Under the pieces are notes generated by a model, which did no database searches, had not been told where the DNA came from, and was given only the letters and a program-made list of their open reading frames with translations. From Rotaria socialis (taxonomy: Eukaryota), in NCBI GenBank assembly GCA_905331295.1, contig CAJNYD010000333.1, forward strand, positions 124,001-188,000: a stretch of DNA of 64,000 nt. Reading direction: 5' to 3'. Below are positions 52,044 to 64,000 of the stretch, in pieces (within the stretch, counting starts at the first letter, position 1; each line of letters starts with the position of its first letter). The position numbers and the translations under genes were made by a program.

Positions 52044-53460
52044 AAAACTAATCTATCATCTACAACAGAAAAAACACTATTGTAATTGAATGAACGCTAC
52101 TACCTATCGTCGCAGTGATCTGCTTAACTGATAAGATTTATACCATTTGATGTGGTTGTAAGAGCGTCTTGGTCTCAGACATAACAAAGTAGTGTAGGGC
52201 TCGTTTTCTTTGAATAACAAATTTAACTTATTCAAAAAAGTGTGATTCTACTTGTGGATCAATACGAGAAGTGGGGTTTACTTATATGCACTCTTATCTT
52301 CAATCACGCTTCTTACATCCACTAATGTAGAGTTTTTGTAAAAAAAAGATGCGTAAATGTTTTCTTCGTTTGCAGTTACTTTACTGCAACCAATTCAATT
52401 ATTTTTAGAATTTCAGTATGTCGAATAAATTCACGACTTCTTGTAATACTTCGTATTTCGTCGAGTTTAATTTCCAATATACAGTATATTATTAGATAGA
52501 AGAATATCAGATGGTGGATATTACACATTTTAGGGATTACCAATATTTGGCAATGAATTCTTCTGTTCAAGATCGAGCACGCGCGATCGTAACCGATCAT
52601 ATATGAATTGCGTAAACAAGAAACTTAAACGAGCTTTCCTTCATTTTTTTTAAACTTTACGTCGCGGAGAAAGGAGTTTTCGTTTTGTACAAAACAAAAC
52701 ATTCTAACCAAATAAATCATTTTATATGCGCAGAAAAATAAAATAAAATTCATGCAATCCACGAAAAAACAATTCACTGAAACCTTTGTTTGAACGCGTT
52801 CCTTTTTTTGTTCACATGTTTTCGCTAGACTTAAAACGCACTTTTTCGAACGCACTGAAAAGCTTTCTTTTCGATGGAGAGCGGAAAAATGTAATTACGA
52901 TAGCGTTAGGAGGGCGCATTTTTCCAGAACCGAAATGACCTTTCTTTGGACGCGTATCTATTATTAAATATTTTTTTTTCATTCCGATGCAGAACATATT
53001 CGAACAAGGAACTTTCGATTTCTTTTACCGGATACTATTGAGTTAAACTTACTGATATCAGAATAGAAATGCAATGTCTATATATATATATATATATTGA
53101 ATTGAAGGATACTTTTTTAATTTATTCATTTTAAACTCAAAATAAATTAAAATTCCGAAAACTGACCTTTAAAATAAATTTAAATAGTTCTATACAAAAA
53201 AATTGAATTATTTAATAAAAAACATTGTTGAAGTCATTTTTTTGGGGCCTAATAGTTTTTTTCAAATATGAATGGCTCAATCGTAGTATTTTCACAATAT
53301 TAATTGTGACTTTTTCAGTGATTTTTGCTTTCAGCTGTTTCAATATTTTAATTTTCGATATAGTAGGAAATTAGCGACTCATTTAGTTACATTTTCATTT
53401 GATGAAATACGGAAGAAAAATTCTAAATAGCAATTAAATATAAATATTTCAGTTATCAGG

Positions 53461-53839
53461 AAGAAGAAGAATAATAATAATACCCTGACTTTCGGCTACC
53501 TTGCGGTGTGGGGTGTTGTCCGAGGCCAATTTCAAGGGCCCGATTTTTTTCCTACATCTATTACTAAATGTAGCTCTGGACAGAAGGCCGGCCTGACTCA
53601 GAGTTCTTCGAGGTTAATTGCTTAAGCTCCCCGTACACACTGACTAACAACATACTAGCTACGAGAGTTATTTTAATGTATGTCACACGTAGTCAGTTTG
53701 TTATCGGATGGGTAATCCGAGATAATATAGCCGTTAGTAATTTATCCAAGGTCATTCTATAATTGGATGGAGCCGAGGTTCGATCACAGTATCTTATGGA
53801 TATGTATCAAACATCTTAACCATTCAGCCATAGCGGCTC
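53461..53839 (-). mobile_element. tRNA-derived SINE-like element
   Basis: Minus-strand head with A-box tggctgaatggttaag and B-box-like gtgatcgaacc, GC-richer body, (TTA)n/(TTC)n tail. Confidence 0.6.
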
Positions 53840-54024
53840 AGTTACCAGGAGGGAAACAAAGATCACTACACTGTAAAAAAAAGCTGTTAGCGCAATCCCT
53901 GTGGGATTAAAATGTGAAACACGATGAAACTTCTTGTCTGGAATTCGACTATCACGGTCACTGATGGTCTGTGAAGATTCTCTGTTACAATCTGTATTAT
54001 GATGTATGAAGTCTCTAGAAACCA

Positions 54025-54106
54025 CCACAGACCGTTACAGAAAAATATAATAATTAATTAATTAACCAATTAACTGATTAATTAATTTCTCTGTAACGGT
54101 CTGTGG
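54025..54106. repeat. Short inverted repeat around an AT-rich core
   Basis: ccacagaccgttacaga ... tctgtaacggtctgtgg. Confidence 0.65.
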
Positions 54107-55474
54107 GGGGGGTCTAAATTTCTACTCTATATACTTCAACACTTCTTTCAGATCGCGTTTCATAAAATTATACTTACCTAGAATTTTCAATGTGAAATTG
54201 AACTAAAAGATTAAGAACAATAATTTTAATAAAAACAACTATATTTACCTACGATTGTCAATTTTCTTTCCTATCCAACTAAAAGACTGAAAAAAAGAAG
54301 CATATATAAAAACTAATGCTTCCATTTGATCGGATCGATTCGAAAAAGCTTAATCAAAAGCGGTTGATTAAAAAAAGAATAATTGCATACAATGTTTTAA
54401 CTTAGTAATGAAATTCTTCAAGATTTATGAATAAATACTTACGTTTTTTAATAGAAGCGTCACCTACATAAAACAAGTTTCATTTTGTTTTTCAGGCTGG
54501 TCTAATTAATCGAGAATGATATATTTCAATGTGAGATTACAAGCTATTGCAACATAGATTGAGCAAAAGTTATTCAATCTGTTTTTCATTAATCTTTGTT
54601 TCTATTGTACGACTTTCTATCTAATCACAAAAATATTTGAAGAATAAGTGTCATCAACCAGAAAAGTCGACCCTTTGAATACAAGGATCGAACAATAAAC
54701 CCTTCGCCGTAGAATAAGAAACCCTTTGAATTCTCGAGTGTCTACAAGAAAAAGGTTTTTTTAAAGAAAACAACTCGTGGATAAAAAAAAACTCACTGAC
54801 AAGCAGAGCAAATTAAAGGATATAAATGCGCAGAAGATAGGATGCTTTTCAACGATGTTGTAAAATCGTATTTTAAGTTGAAAAAATTCGCTGTAAATGA
54901 TAAAAAAAGAATGCATTTCAACATGTTACATACACAAAACCATGCGTTGAAACGCTGTTTCATGCGATTAATTTTTTTGTGAAAATACTGAACTTTTTTC
55001 TGCGCAAATACAGTTCAAAAATAGTTAATAATAACTAGTCAGTATCAATTAAGATATCGCACACTGGTTACACCATGAAAATATATCGCAAAAAGCAATG
55101 CAATAACTGCAAAAATTTTCAAAAGAGGTGGAGAGCTTTATAAAATATTTGTGACAGGCGAGTACGGAATTCAGTTGAGTTTGGAATATTTTTTTTTAAT
55201 TTCTTTTAATCGTATCTGTTTACAATGAGTTTTTACATCAGTCATCATTTTCGCTTCTTCGTCTTATGGGAGCGTTAAATCATTTGGTTAAATTAATAAT
55301 AACTATTTTTGAATGAATGTAAATGCTTTTTCAATATTTTCTCAAAAAGCTTGTTAGCACAGCCCCTTTGGGGCTAAAATGTGAAACTCACATATGCCCT
55401 TAGGCTTACTAAAATAATTCAAAACAGTTCATCTGAAAAAGCTGCTATTTGTTTTCATATTCTTTTGTTAAGTA

Positions 55475-55823
55475 CAAGGTTGCCATCTGATGAAGTCTAA
55501 AACGCGGAAAACTGATCTTAAAAAGCGGCAAATAGCGGAAAGAAGCGAAAACCTATATTGTTGCAGATTTGTAATACTTCTGAGAAAATTAGGCATTTTT
55601 TCATATTTATTGGATTTCTTTTTATTTCATCAAAGTTTCAAAACGTAGAAGACAATGATGAGCCACGGTATTTGTAAACAATAAGAATTGATTCAATAAT
55701 ATCAAATGTTATTCTCTACGTATGGTCGATATGCAACACGTTTTATACGAAAAATCGGGGAAAAGCGGAACAGCGGAAGAATAGCGGAATAAAAGTGAAG
55801 AAGCGGAAGACGTGGCAACCCTG
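55475..55823. mobile_element. hAT-like MITE
   Basis: TIRs caaggttgcca / tggcaaccctg; 8 bp flanks gttaagta / gttaagtt (7/8); subterminal gcggaa repeats at both ends. Confidence 0.85.
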
Positions 55824-57193
55824 GTTAAGTTTGAATTCAGTCTCTCTGTACTTTTATAAAATTTCGGAGACATGGGAGACATTGAATTAGTCTGAAAAAA
55901 ATAAATTTAGTATTTTTGTCTATATTATATATTCACTCTCTCTATATATTTTTTTAAATATGGAAGACGGTGCATTGAAGTATTGATTCAATTTATCTGA
56001 AAAACATTTCTTTTAAAAAAAAGAAAAGAAAAATTTATCTTTTCAATTAATTATTTTTTTTGCGCGCATTCCAATCTCAACTGAAATTCGTATGTCAGCT
56101 GTGACATATATTTATGACAATTGTCACTCGTTCATTCATATAAAGTTGATTCTTCACAAAGTATATAGATAGTGAGTGCAGTCACTTTTACCCGAAATAT
56201 AGAATTACTATCTATGTCTTTGCCAAATTAAGCTAACACAATAGTGCCAATGTGAATGTGGATATGCGCCTAAGGAAAACTTTATGCCAAAGCTTTTTAT
56301 TCAACGAATCTCACATTCATACTCATCCGACTCCATATTGTCTATGTATCGAGATTCAAAACTTTTTACCTTCTGTATTAAACCTATTTTCAAGAATGCA
56401 ATGCTGCGGGATCGATGCGTCCTTGAGAAATACTTTTTATTTTACACACTATCAAACAAATGCAATGAAAAATAATTTTTTTGCATTCAATTTGTTTAAG
56501 TGTTTGGTAAAAGAAAGCATACATGAATTTTTTTGCTGTGGAACGTAGTATGTTTCTTTTGAACGACCAATGCCGTGCTGAGAAAAAAACTCAGCTGCAG
56601 CATACAGTGTACTTTTGTTCTACTGCAGCTAAGAGACATATCGAATAGAAACGTCGTCCAACGAACAATGTCTGCTGTTTTTCATTTTTTCAACAATGAA
56701 TACTGTGTATTAAACTAATTTTTTCTTTTCACGTACTCAGTAAATAAAAGCAAAGAAATGATAGAGAAAAAGAGAACGAAGAAAAAGAATTTATTCTTTT
56801 AGATGTCAAGGTGAGTTTTTGAAGCCTTCGAGAAGTTTATATAATGTCTATATGAATATATTCATATTAAATATTTATAATATTACCTAGGTGCATATTT
56901 CGATTACTCTCTTCGTTCATCCCTGATTCGCATGTGTATTATTCAATTATTGATTTCTTTTAATAACTTATTTCGGTGCTCGAGAAACCGAATAACAATC
57001 CACTTAATCTACACGTGGCGCTTGAAGAAAGCAAAGGCAACGTGTGTGTAACAGTTATTTTCTCGTATCATTCGAATGTAAAAAAAGTGTTGCCTGTTTG
57101 AAGTATAGCTATATTCCACTCATAACCAAATTGATAGTAGGTGAGAAGGAGCAGGGTGTTGTTTTATAAACGATGTGAACTTGAAACCAACTA

Positions 57194-60100
57194 CAGCATA
57201 ACCTCTCTATAGTGGACACCCAAGGGACCATGAAAAAGTGTCCACTATACGGAGGGATTTTATGCGTTATAGCGATTCCCGGGAGATTCGTTTTCGGTAC
57301 ATCTATAGACGGCAATCATAAAGCGGACATATTGGGGGAAATTAGGAATATTGAGGAAACAGGACATATAAGGACATATAAGGGCATATAGGGTATATAG
57401 GGCATAATTATTTGAGAACGACCGGTCTATTCCATTACTCAGTTTCCCGTTTTTTCATGTCACTATCGCTTATTTCAATGTCTCCCCAACCATAAAATAT
57501 CAGAAAAGGTGACAGCAACCCACATGCACCGCAAACTATTAGAGAGAGCCGCCATGCCTTCACCCTCACCGAGAGCAGTAGTGTCATACTTGAAACTTGA
57601 ACTCAACTGAGTTTTCAAGTTTCACTAAATGCGATTTCGGGTACCCTATATCTCAAGAAGTATTCATTCAGTTGAGCTGAAATTTTCAATGGATTTAAAT
57701 TGCAGTAAGGTCTACACATTCAATAAATTTTAGCTCCAACAATTGAATTCTTGGTATTCATTGGATCGCACCAAAGGAGGGGAAAATCACTTTTTTGCTG
57801 ATATTTCGAACTGCATATCTCCCGACTTCAAAATACAACAGGTTGAAATTTGTTTCTCAAACACGCCTTGACGCCATATCAGTATGCTGATAGTCTGATC
57901 TTATCCCACCAAGATTTTCGGTCGGGACTCTTTTCAGGAAAACTCGTTTCTTTTATTATAGGTGTGGGTATGAGCAGAACGAAATCCCTTCCACACACCT
58001 ACATCCATCTTGTGAAGCAAATTTGTGAGTCGAAAGAAAGAGCGGAGATACATAATTTTCTTACTGCGTGTACAGTTCATTAAGCTGTACAATATCGAGC
58101 ATATATATGTTGATTTTATGATCTTATACATTTTAGTGGCGATGGTTCCCTACAGCAATTTGATAGAAATTATTAGTATTCTCAACTTTTGACACTGTTG
58201 CACAACTTTTCTATTATTTTTTAGATCTCCAGCCGATAGAGCTTGAAAAACTACACTTACGACCAAATTTTGACGTTGCGATGAGACTTTCTTCATTTCG
58301 AACATAGACAAGTATGTTGAGAAGGCGGCAAATTTTACCTCAAAATCTCTGTTTTTTTCTATAAGCTACATTTTTTCGATGTAAAAACTTCATATTCGAA
58401 GAAAACTCAAAATTATGAGTTAAAGGAAATTATTTTTCACTAAATTGTATCATGTAGTTATTCTATGAGGGCCCAAACAATGAAAAACACTACACATTGA
58501 ATGGTTTAGACTTTATAATGAATAAAGGAATTTTCAAAGCTCTTATTGTGATATTCGTAATCAGTGCTCTTATTCTATATCGATCTTCTCACAATAATGT
58601 CTTTATCTAACTCCTTATACTATCCGTTAAGTATGCTCACCACCACTTCAATACTTCAATCTATAGTTGTCCCCTGGTCTTAATCCTATAATATTACTTC
58701 TTTATGTTGATTTCAGTTTTATATTAGTGAACATTTGTACGTAGTATAGCAGTGAAGAAAATTTCCTTCACGTTAACTCATTGTTTTGCACTGAGTTTCT
58801 TCCGTGTCCATATCTGTTAGAGAGATCAGCTGGAAACTATTGAAGGCCTCCAAGAGTATATAACTGTTAGCTCTAGAGTCATATTGTCAGCTGACGTCCC
58901 CGTGTTTAATCATGTACCAAGGATGCAGGCATGATGCCAGTCAAAATGCTGAATCTTTTGAAAGACAGGGCCGTAGACTTTACGAAATCCCTGAAGCGAT
59001 TTCGCTTTCAAACTCCCGATCATTAAATGAGGAAAGCGGTAGAATTTTGATGTCTTCTAAATAGAGTGTCCTTAATTTAGTCTAATTTTTGCAGTCTATT
59101 GTCTCGTATAATCAGCACCTGGTTATCAGTCTTATTGATGTAGTCTGCATGTCGCTCTTTAGTGTAATGAGTGAAAAAGGTAGTCTTAGTCGTTATGGCT
59201 TCCTGTATTTGAAAATCATAATCATGGAGTCAGTCTTACTCGTAGAGTCTCTATGTTTTTTAGCAAGAGTTGTAAAGTCCGTATTTTGTATTGTAGTCTT
59301 AGCATCTTTCAAAATCGGTGTCATGAAATTACTTAAACCTTTTAAGTCGCCAAGTCGGTTAATAATGTTACCGTGAGGTTAGTGAATGTTGTTAAAACAT
59401 ATTAGGTGAAACTCAGAGTCGTGAAGCCAAAGATAGTTCTATAGTGATGAAATCTTTTGTGTATTGAAGCCTTTAAGGTAGCCTAACTTTTGGCGTCCTT
59501 ATTATTTTCAAACGCATCATACTGATGTCATTTGGACTCTAAAGATCTTTAGTTTTTTTTATCGTTGAAGAATATTTCTGGTGTTTAGATTTGTTTTCGG
59601 ACGTTTTACCGAATCAGTTTGGGAACTACATATATCGTACGATATGAAAGAATAAATGCCCACCATGCTTTTTTATCATTTCTCTCGTAGCACTCTTCTT
59701 TATAAATCAGTTCAAACAATGCTCTATTGTCCTAAACTTGCATTATATTCCGTTGTAATCTGTTGACAAGGATGATAATACATGTACTTCGACAAAACAA
59801 AAATGAATGAAGAAGGAGAAAAACAACATTCTTTTAAGGACTTGACCATTAAGCCTACCTCTTCAATGCCCCAAATAGAGTTTATCATAAGCAATTCAAG
59901 GTTTTACAAACGTGAAGATGTAAAAAAAGGAGTTGATCTGCTATCGGGAATTACGTATGTTGTGAATTCTCAGATTCCTAATCGTTTTATACAGCAACTG
60001 CACATAAAATGACTAAGATTCATATTATGCATGTCGAACAATTCCTATACCTCTAAAATAACGATCGGAATATGAGCTTTAAAAAGAAGATATCCCTATA

Positions 60101-60710
60101 TTATTTTGGTGTTTTAAAACACAGAATGGTTTTCAAAAATATGTTCTCGGAAACCGTGTTTGATTTCTTGGAAACTCTTCCACTGTTTCCTTTGCTCGGA
60201 AATAAAGCAAGGTTTTCGATAAAAAAAGATGGGATACTCAAAGGTTTTTCAGAGGTTTTTTAAATCAAAAATGACTTTTACAAATAGTATCAAGGTTTCT
60301 GAGAATACGGTTGAGGGTTCCCAGACGTAAATTTTGAAAGCTCATAGGTTTCCGAGTATTCGAAAGCGCGGAAGATACTTTTTGACACTTAACCTAGATC
60401 GGGAAACCTTTTCGGATACGTTCATGGGCTTCCGAAAGGGTTTTCGAACGTGTTTCAGTTTCTGAGAAAACGTTTTTTATTTAGAGTGTAATTCGTTCAA
60501 TTTTATTCAAATTAAGGTTTTCATGTTATTACAAGTAATTTCTTCTTGAAATTTAATCGGTGCTCATATGTACACTCAACTTCGACTGAGTATCAAAATT
60601 ATGAATTTAGGCAAGTATCCACTTTAGAGAGATTGTTTACAATGGGCAAGGCCAGGAAAAAGTGTCCACAGTTCAGAATAGAGAGGTATCCACATAAGGA
60701 GGTTTTACTG
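57194..60710. mobile_element. pogo/Tigger-like TIR pair with TA flanks enclosing 3.5 kb of nested degraded repeats
   Basis: ta-cagcataacctctctatagtggacacc ... ggtatccacataaggaggttttactg-ta; gtgtccac subterminal motifs at both ends; nested element ~60048-60490; no transposase ORF seen. Confidence 0.6.
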
Positions 60711-61373
60711 TAATCCAAGTCTATCACAATGAATCAAGAATATAACTCTAATACCAGTATCCTTCACTTCCCTATAGATTCACCTTCAACAAATGTCGAA
60801 AAGTAAAAATATTAAAACAAAATCTATGAATAATATTTGGTGTAACCTAAATCTCACATACTTCGCTCCTCTATAGTTCAAATCATCGGAGAAAGATATT
60901 TGTTTCATGAAAAGTGACTATAATCGTGGTGTTTTTGTTAAAAATATTGTATTAAAATTGTTTATTCGTTCATCATAATATTGTCAGGCTCTATGAGGAA
61001 TAGGTTCTGGTCTATCGAGTGACATATGATATAATTTCATGTGTCGTGTAAAAAAGGAGCATAGACGAACGTCGCTGGACTAGTCTGACCTTGCCCGTAT
61101 GTATTATAGTAATTTGGATTAGTTCCACAACTTTCCTACTATTTTACTTGTTCAGTTTTCTACGTAGTATATTATTTTCGACCGATATTTCATCAGTAGA
61201 TAGAGAACATTTAAAAATAGTGATCGTACACAACAATCATCATTGTACAGCACAACATGACTCAGTACAAATAGACAACAAAAAAGATTTTCAGTTTTTC
61301 GAGTTAAATTGTCCCAAAGAGCAACTGTTAGCGTTAGTGATGTAACTTATTAACACTAAACGAAGATTTAGAT

Positions 61374-61447
61374 GTTCTTCTAGTTCTAACTGGTTAGGGC
61401 ATCTGTCCGGATAGCGGAAGGTGTGAGCTTGAGTCCCATGAAGTTCA
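61374..61447 (+). pseudogene. Degenerate tRNA-like sequence (tRNA pseudogene or SINE head)
   Basis: A-box tagttctaactggttagggc, stem tctgt/gcgga with 7 nt loop, B-box-like gcttgagtccc; acceptor stem has mismatches. Confidence 0.5.
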
Positions 61448-62017
61448 CTTTTTCTTCGTCCTGTCACATAACATCAGTGACATTGCTGGTCTCTTTCGCT
61501 CTTAATATCTCTCTCTTTCATTTCTTATACATACTTTTCATTCTATACATATTAGAGCTAACAGCAACTTGTAGGATTTATATTTTCTTTGCACTGTAAA
61601 CAAGAGTGATTGCCATCTACCTTTATATACATCCAAACCCAAATCGATATATTCACACCAAAATGGACATACAAGAAAACTAGAAGGACACACAGTGTTA
61701 AAGACTTAAATCGTTCACACTCTAAGAAATAGTACGAGATATGAATACACTCACAGAGAACTACATATTCTTCATGCTTTGTCGTACAAAATTTGACGTT
61801 GGTGTAGTATCATTTCTCAGTAATACGATAGTATATGGCTACTGATAGGTTTTTACGAGCGTAAACTCTAAAAAAAGAAATATTTTGAAAGTTTCGTTGA
61901 GATTTCGGTGATTTCATAGATTTATCAATTTTAACGAAATTCGGGCAGCCGAATTTGTATTTCACCATTACAAATATATTCATGAATTCACAAACTTTTT
62001 TTTCTAGATATCTTACG

Positions 62018-62930
62018 ATGGCTTCGTCGAGAAAAATCAAGTCGGATATTCTAACAAATGAACCTGAAGAGCTTCGAATAATTCTTCTCGGAAAGACTCG
62101 CTCAGGTATGCAACAACTAGTTCGTGCCTGCAGATAAATTAAAATATCGATCACAGACACAACTTACTGTTGATCACCACTTAGTCCTGATTTGATAAGT
62201 AACATTTATTTTGTTCTTTATCGCTCCTTGTTTAGGTAAAAGTGCTCTCGGTAACACTTTGATGGGAGATGAAAAAGCGTTCGTCTCGCGCTCTAGTCCA
62301 GCGTCAGTTACAAAGAATTGCTTTAAGAAAGAAAGGGAGGTGGATGGGAAAATAATCAGCATCGTAGATACTCCTGGTTTCTTTGATACACAACTATCAC
62401 CAGTGCAGGTGAGTGAAGAGATAACGAAATCGCTTGCTAGTACCTTACCAGGTCCGCACGCCTTTTTGATTGTATTACCATGTGGAGTCGGAATGACTGG
62501 TGAAGAACAACAAACTTTATTGCAAATTGGTAAAATATTCAAAAACTATTTTAAGTATAGCATCATTGTGTTTACCAAAATTGATTCACTGGATGAGGGG
62601 ACCGATATGAAGCAGTATTACGAGGAAAGCAATGAACTGAAAAAACTCATTGACGATTGTGGTGGTCGTTGGTATGCGGTAAACAACAAAGACAAAACTC
62701 CTCAAAACAGATTAAAGGTCACGAAGGATTTAATCAGCATGATCGAGAAAATGGTAGAAAAAAATGGCGGCAAACCATACGGTGCCCCAGTCGTTGAAGT
62801 AGTTGCCGGTTCCTTTAAAAAAGACACGAACAGTAGATTCAAGATACTGGATGGTGATGGTACCATCAACGTGCCCAAAGACGCATCTGATGCTGTTCTC
62901 AATTATATCAAAGCAGAGACAGCTTCATAA
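62018..62930 (+). CDS. AIG1/GIMAP-family GTPase, 2 coding exons (intron 62106-62235)
   Basis: LRIILLGKTRSG|KSALGNTL, SVTKNC, IVDTPGFFDT, PGPHAFLIV, IVFTKID, CGGRWYAVNN. Confidence 0.93.
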
Positions 62931-63129
62931 TTTGTGCTATCTATTCCTAATCGATTTTGCCCGAGTAATTTCTACGCTTTATTCCAAAGAATTACTTTTT
63001 TGTATTTTCTTGTTTTGCGGTATTTTTGGTATTTTCGGTTGATGGAATTCGCATATTTTTTGAAGTAAATATAAGTAATTTCAACTTTATATCAAACTTT
63101 TGTAAATGCTTTGTTAACCCTGTTCACTA

Positions 63130-63891
63130 CTATCTTCCCTTGGGTGTGGGTGTGGGTGTGCAGGAAGCTACCACGACGCGTTTCTATCCAGCTCAATGAA
63201 TCACATCAGGTGGCTTAATATCTTCAAAATCGATTCAAATTCAAAAAGGAAAAGTTTTGATTTGAAAGCTGGTTTTTCGCGAAAAGTATGTAATGAACGA
63301 TATGTATGCGATTGGATAGGGGATGAATCATTGTGATAATTATTTTGTTTTTGTTACTGGCCGATTGTGTATTGTCTTATAATCACAGGTGACATTGAAT
63401 TTTGTTTTGTTGTTTATGGTTGAAATGTCATCGAGGCTTTAACTTGACCAAGACTTGTTTGACGTAGTACCTATGACTATCAGTTGCAGTATTGTGTCGT
63501 GGATAAGTTGTTGAGTTAATCTGTTTTTGTAAGCTGCATTTGAGTGTTTGAATATATGTGGAGTAGATGTTGTGTTTATCTATCGAGAATGGAAATCTAT
63601 AGAATGAGTCGATATTTAGCGAAACAGTGTAATAGAAGTTGACAAAAAAGCAAGGATAAGCATACGGGAAAAAACGGGATAAAAATAATAGTTTCTATTC
63701 AATGTGACAAAAGAAATGAGTTGACTATTGCATGTGATTAGAGTGTGGATTAGAAAATTATCATGGGATGACGAAATGTCTATGTTGATGAAGAGATTTT
63801 GAAGAAATCAATTGCGCAATACAGAAGGGTGTGGGTGTGGACATTCTTTTGTAGCTTCATAGAATATTATATATATATATATATATATATG
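63130..63891. repeat. Dispersed element bounded by TGTGGG repeats with (TA)n tail
   Basis: tgggtgtgggtgtgggtgtg at 63141-63160; gggtgtgggtgtgg+attcttttgtagcttcataga at 63827-63863, nearly the same as 39531-39567. Confidence 0.65.
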
Positions 63892-64000
63892 TTTAACGTT
63901 GATGCGTGAAGCAATATAGTGTACATCAACGTCAATCACATTCGGATGACTAATGATCAGTGAAAAATAATGCTTCTCGTATCGTTTTCTAAAGACTTTT

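Noticed and set aside
55487..55515. Hammerhead ribozyme core (CTGATGA...GAAA); similar motif on minus strand near 61180-61197
   Set aside because: Stem II and flanking stems do not pair
58780..59460. Possible degraded retroelement or transposase coding remnant
   Set aside because: No frame gave RT, endonuclease or DDE motifs by eye; needs tblastn against a TE protein library

Overview
AT-rich eukaryotic (animal) DNA with many ~50-60 bp spliceosomal introns. The gene mix (ADP-ribosyltransferase-TPR protein, AIG1/GIMAP GTPases, intronless bacterial-like PhyH, F-box/PP2, TGTGGG repeats) strongly suggests a bdelloid rotifer; this is inference, not verified. The first ~37 kb is gene-dense: a MITE-disrupted GT31 glycosyltransferase pseudogene, a mucin-like membrane protein, a Rab5-like GTPase, a MORN protein, an Ig-like membrane protein missed by the ORF track, F-box-PP2, a 4-TM protein, a lipocalin, an LBR-like gene, a myosin regulatory light chain, PhyH and rad21. 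The last ~27 kb is gene-poor and transposon-rich, with defence-type genes (TIL inhibitors, two AIG1/GIMAPs, ART-TPR). The main candidate for an undescribed system is a 12.3 kb cluster (14.8-27.1 kb) of six paralogous secreted all-helical proteins. Three long forms have a ~160 aa central insert, which in two of them is coiled-coil/hydrophobic-CxxxxC/coiled-coil; three short forms lack it. This architecture suggests a multi-component alpha-pore-forming toxin system (ClyA/Hbl/Nhe-like), a hypothesis needing structure prediction. Exon boundaries were read by eye and are approximate.
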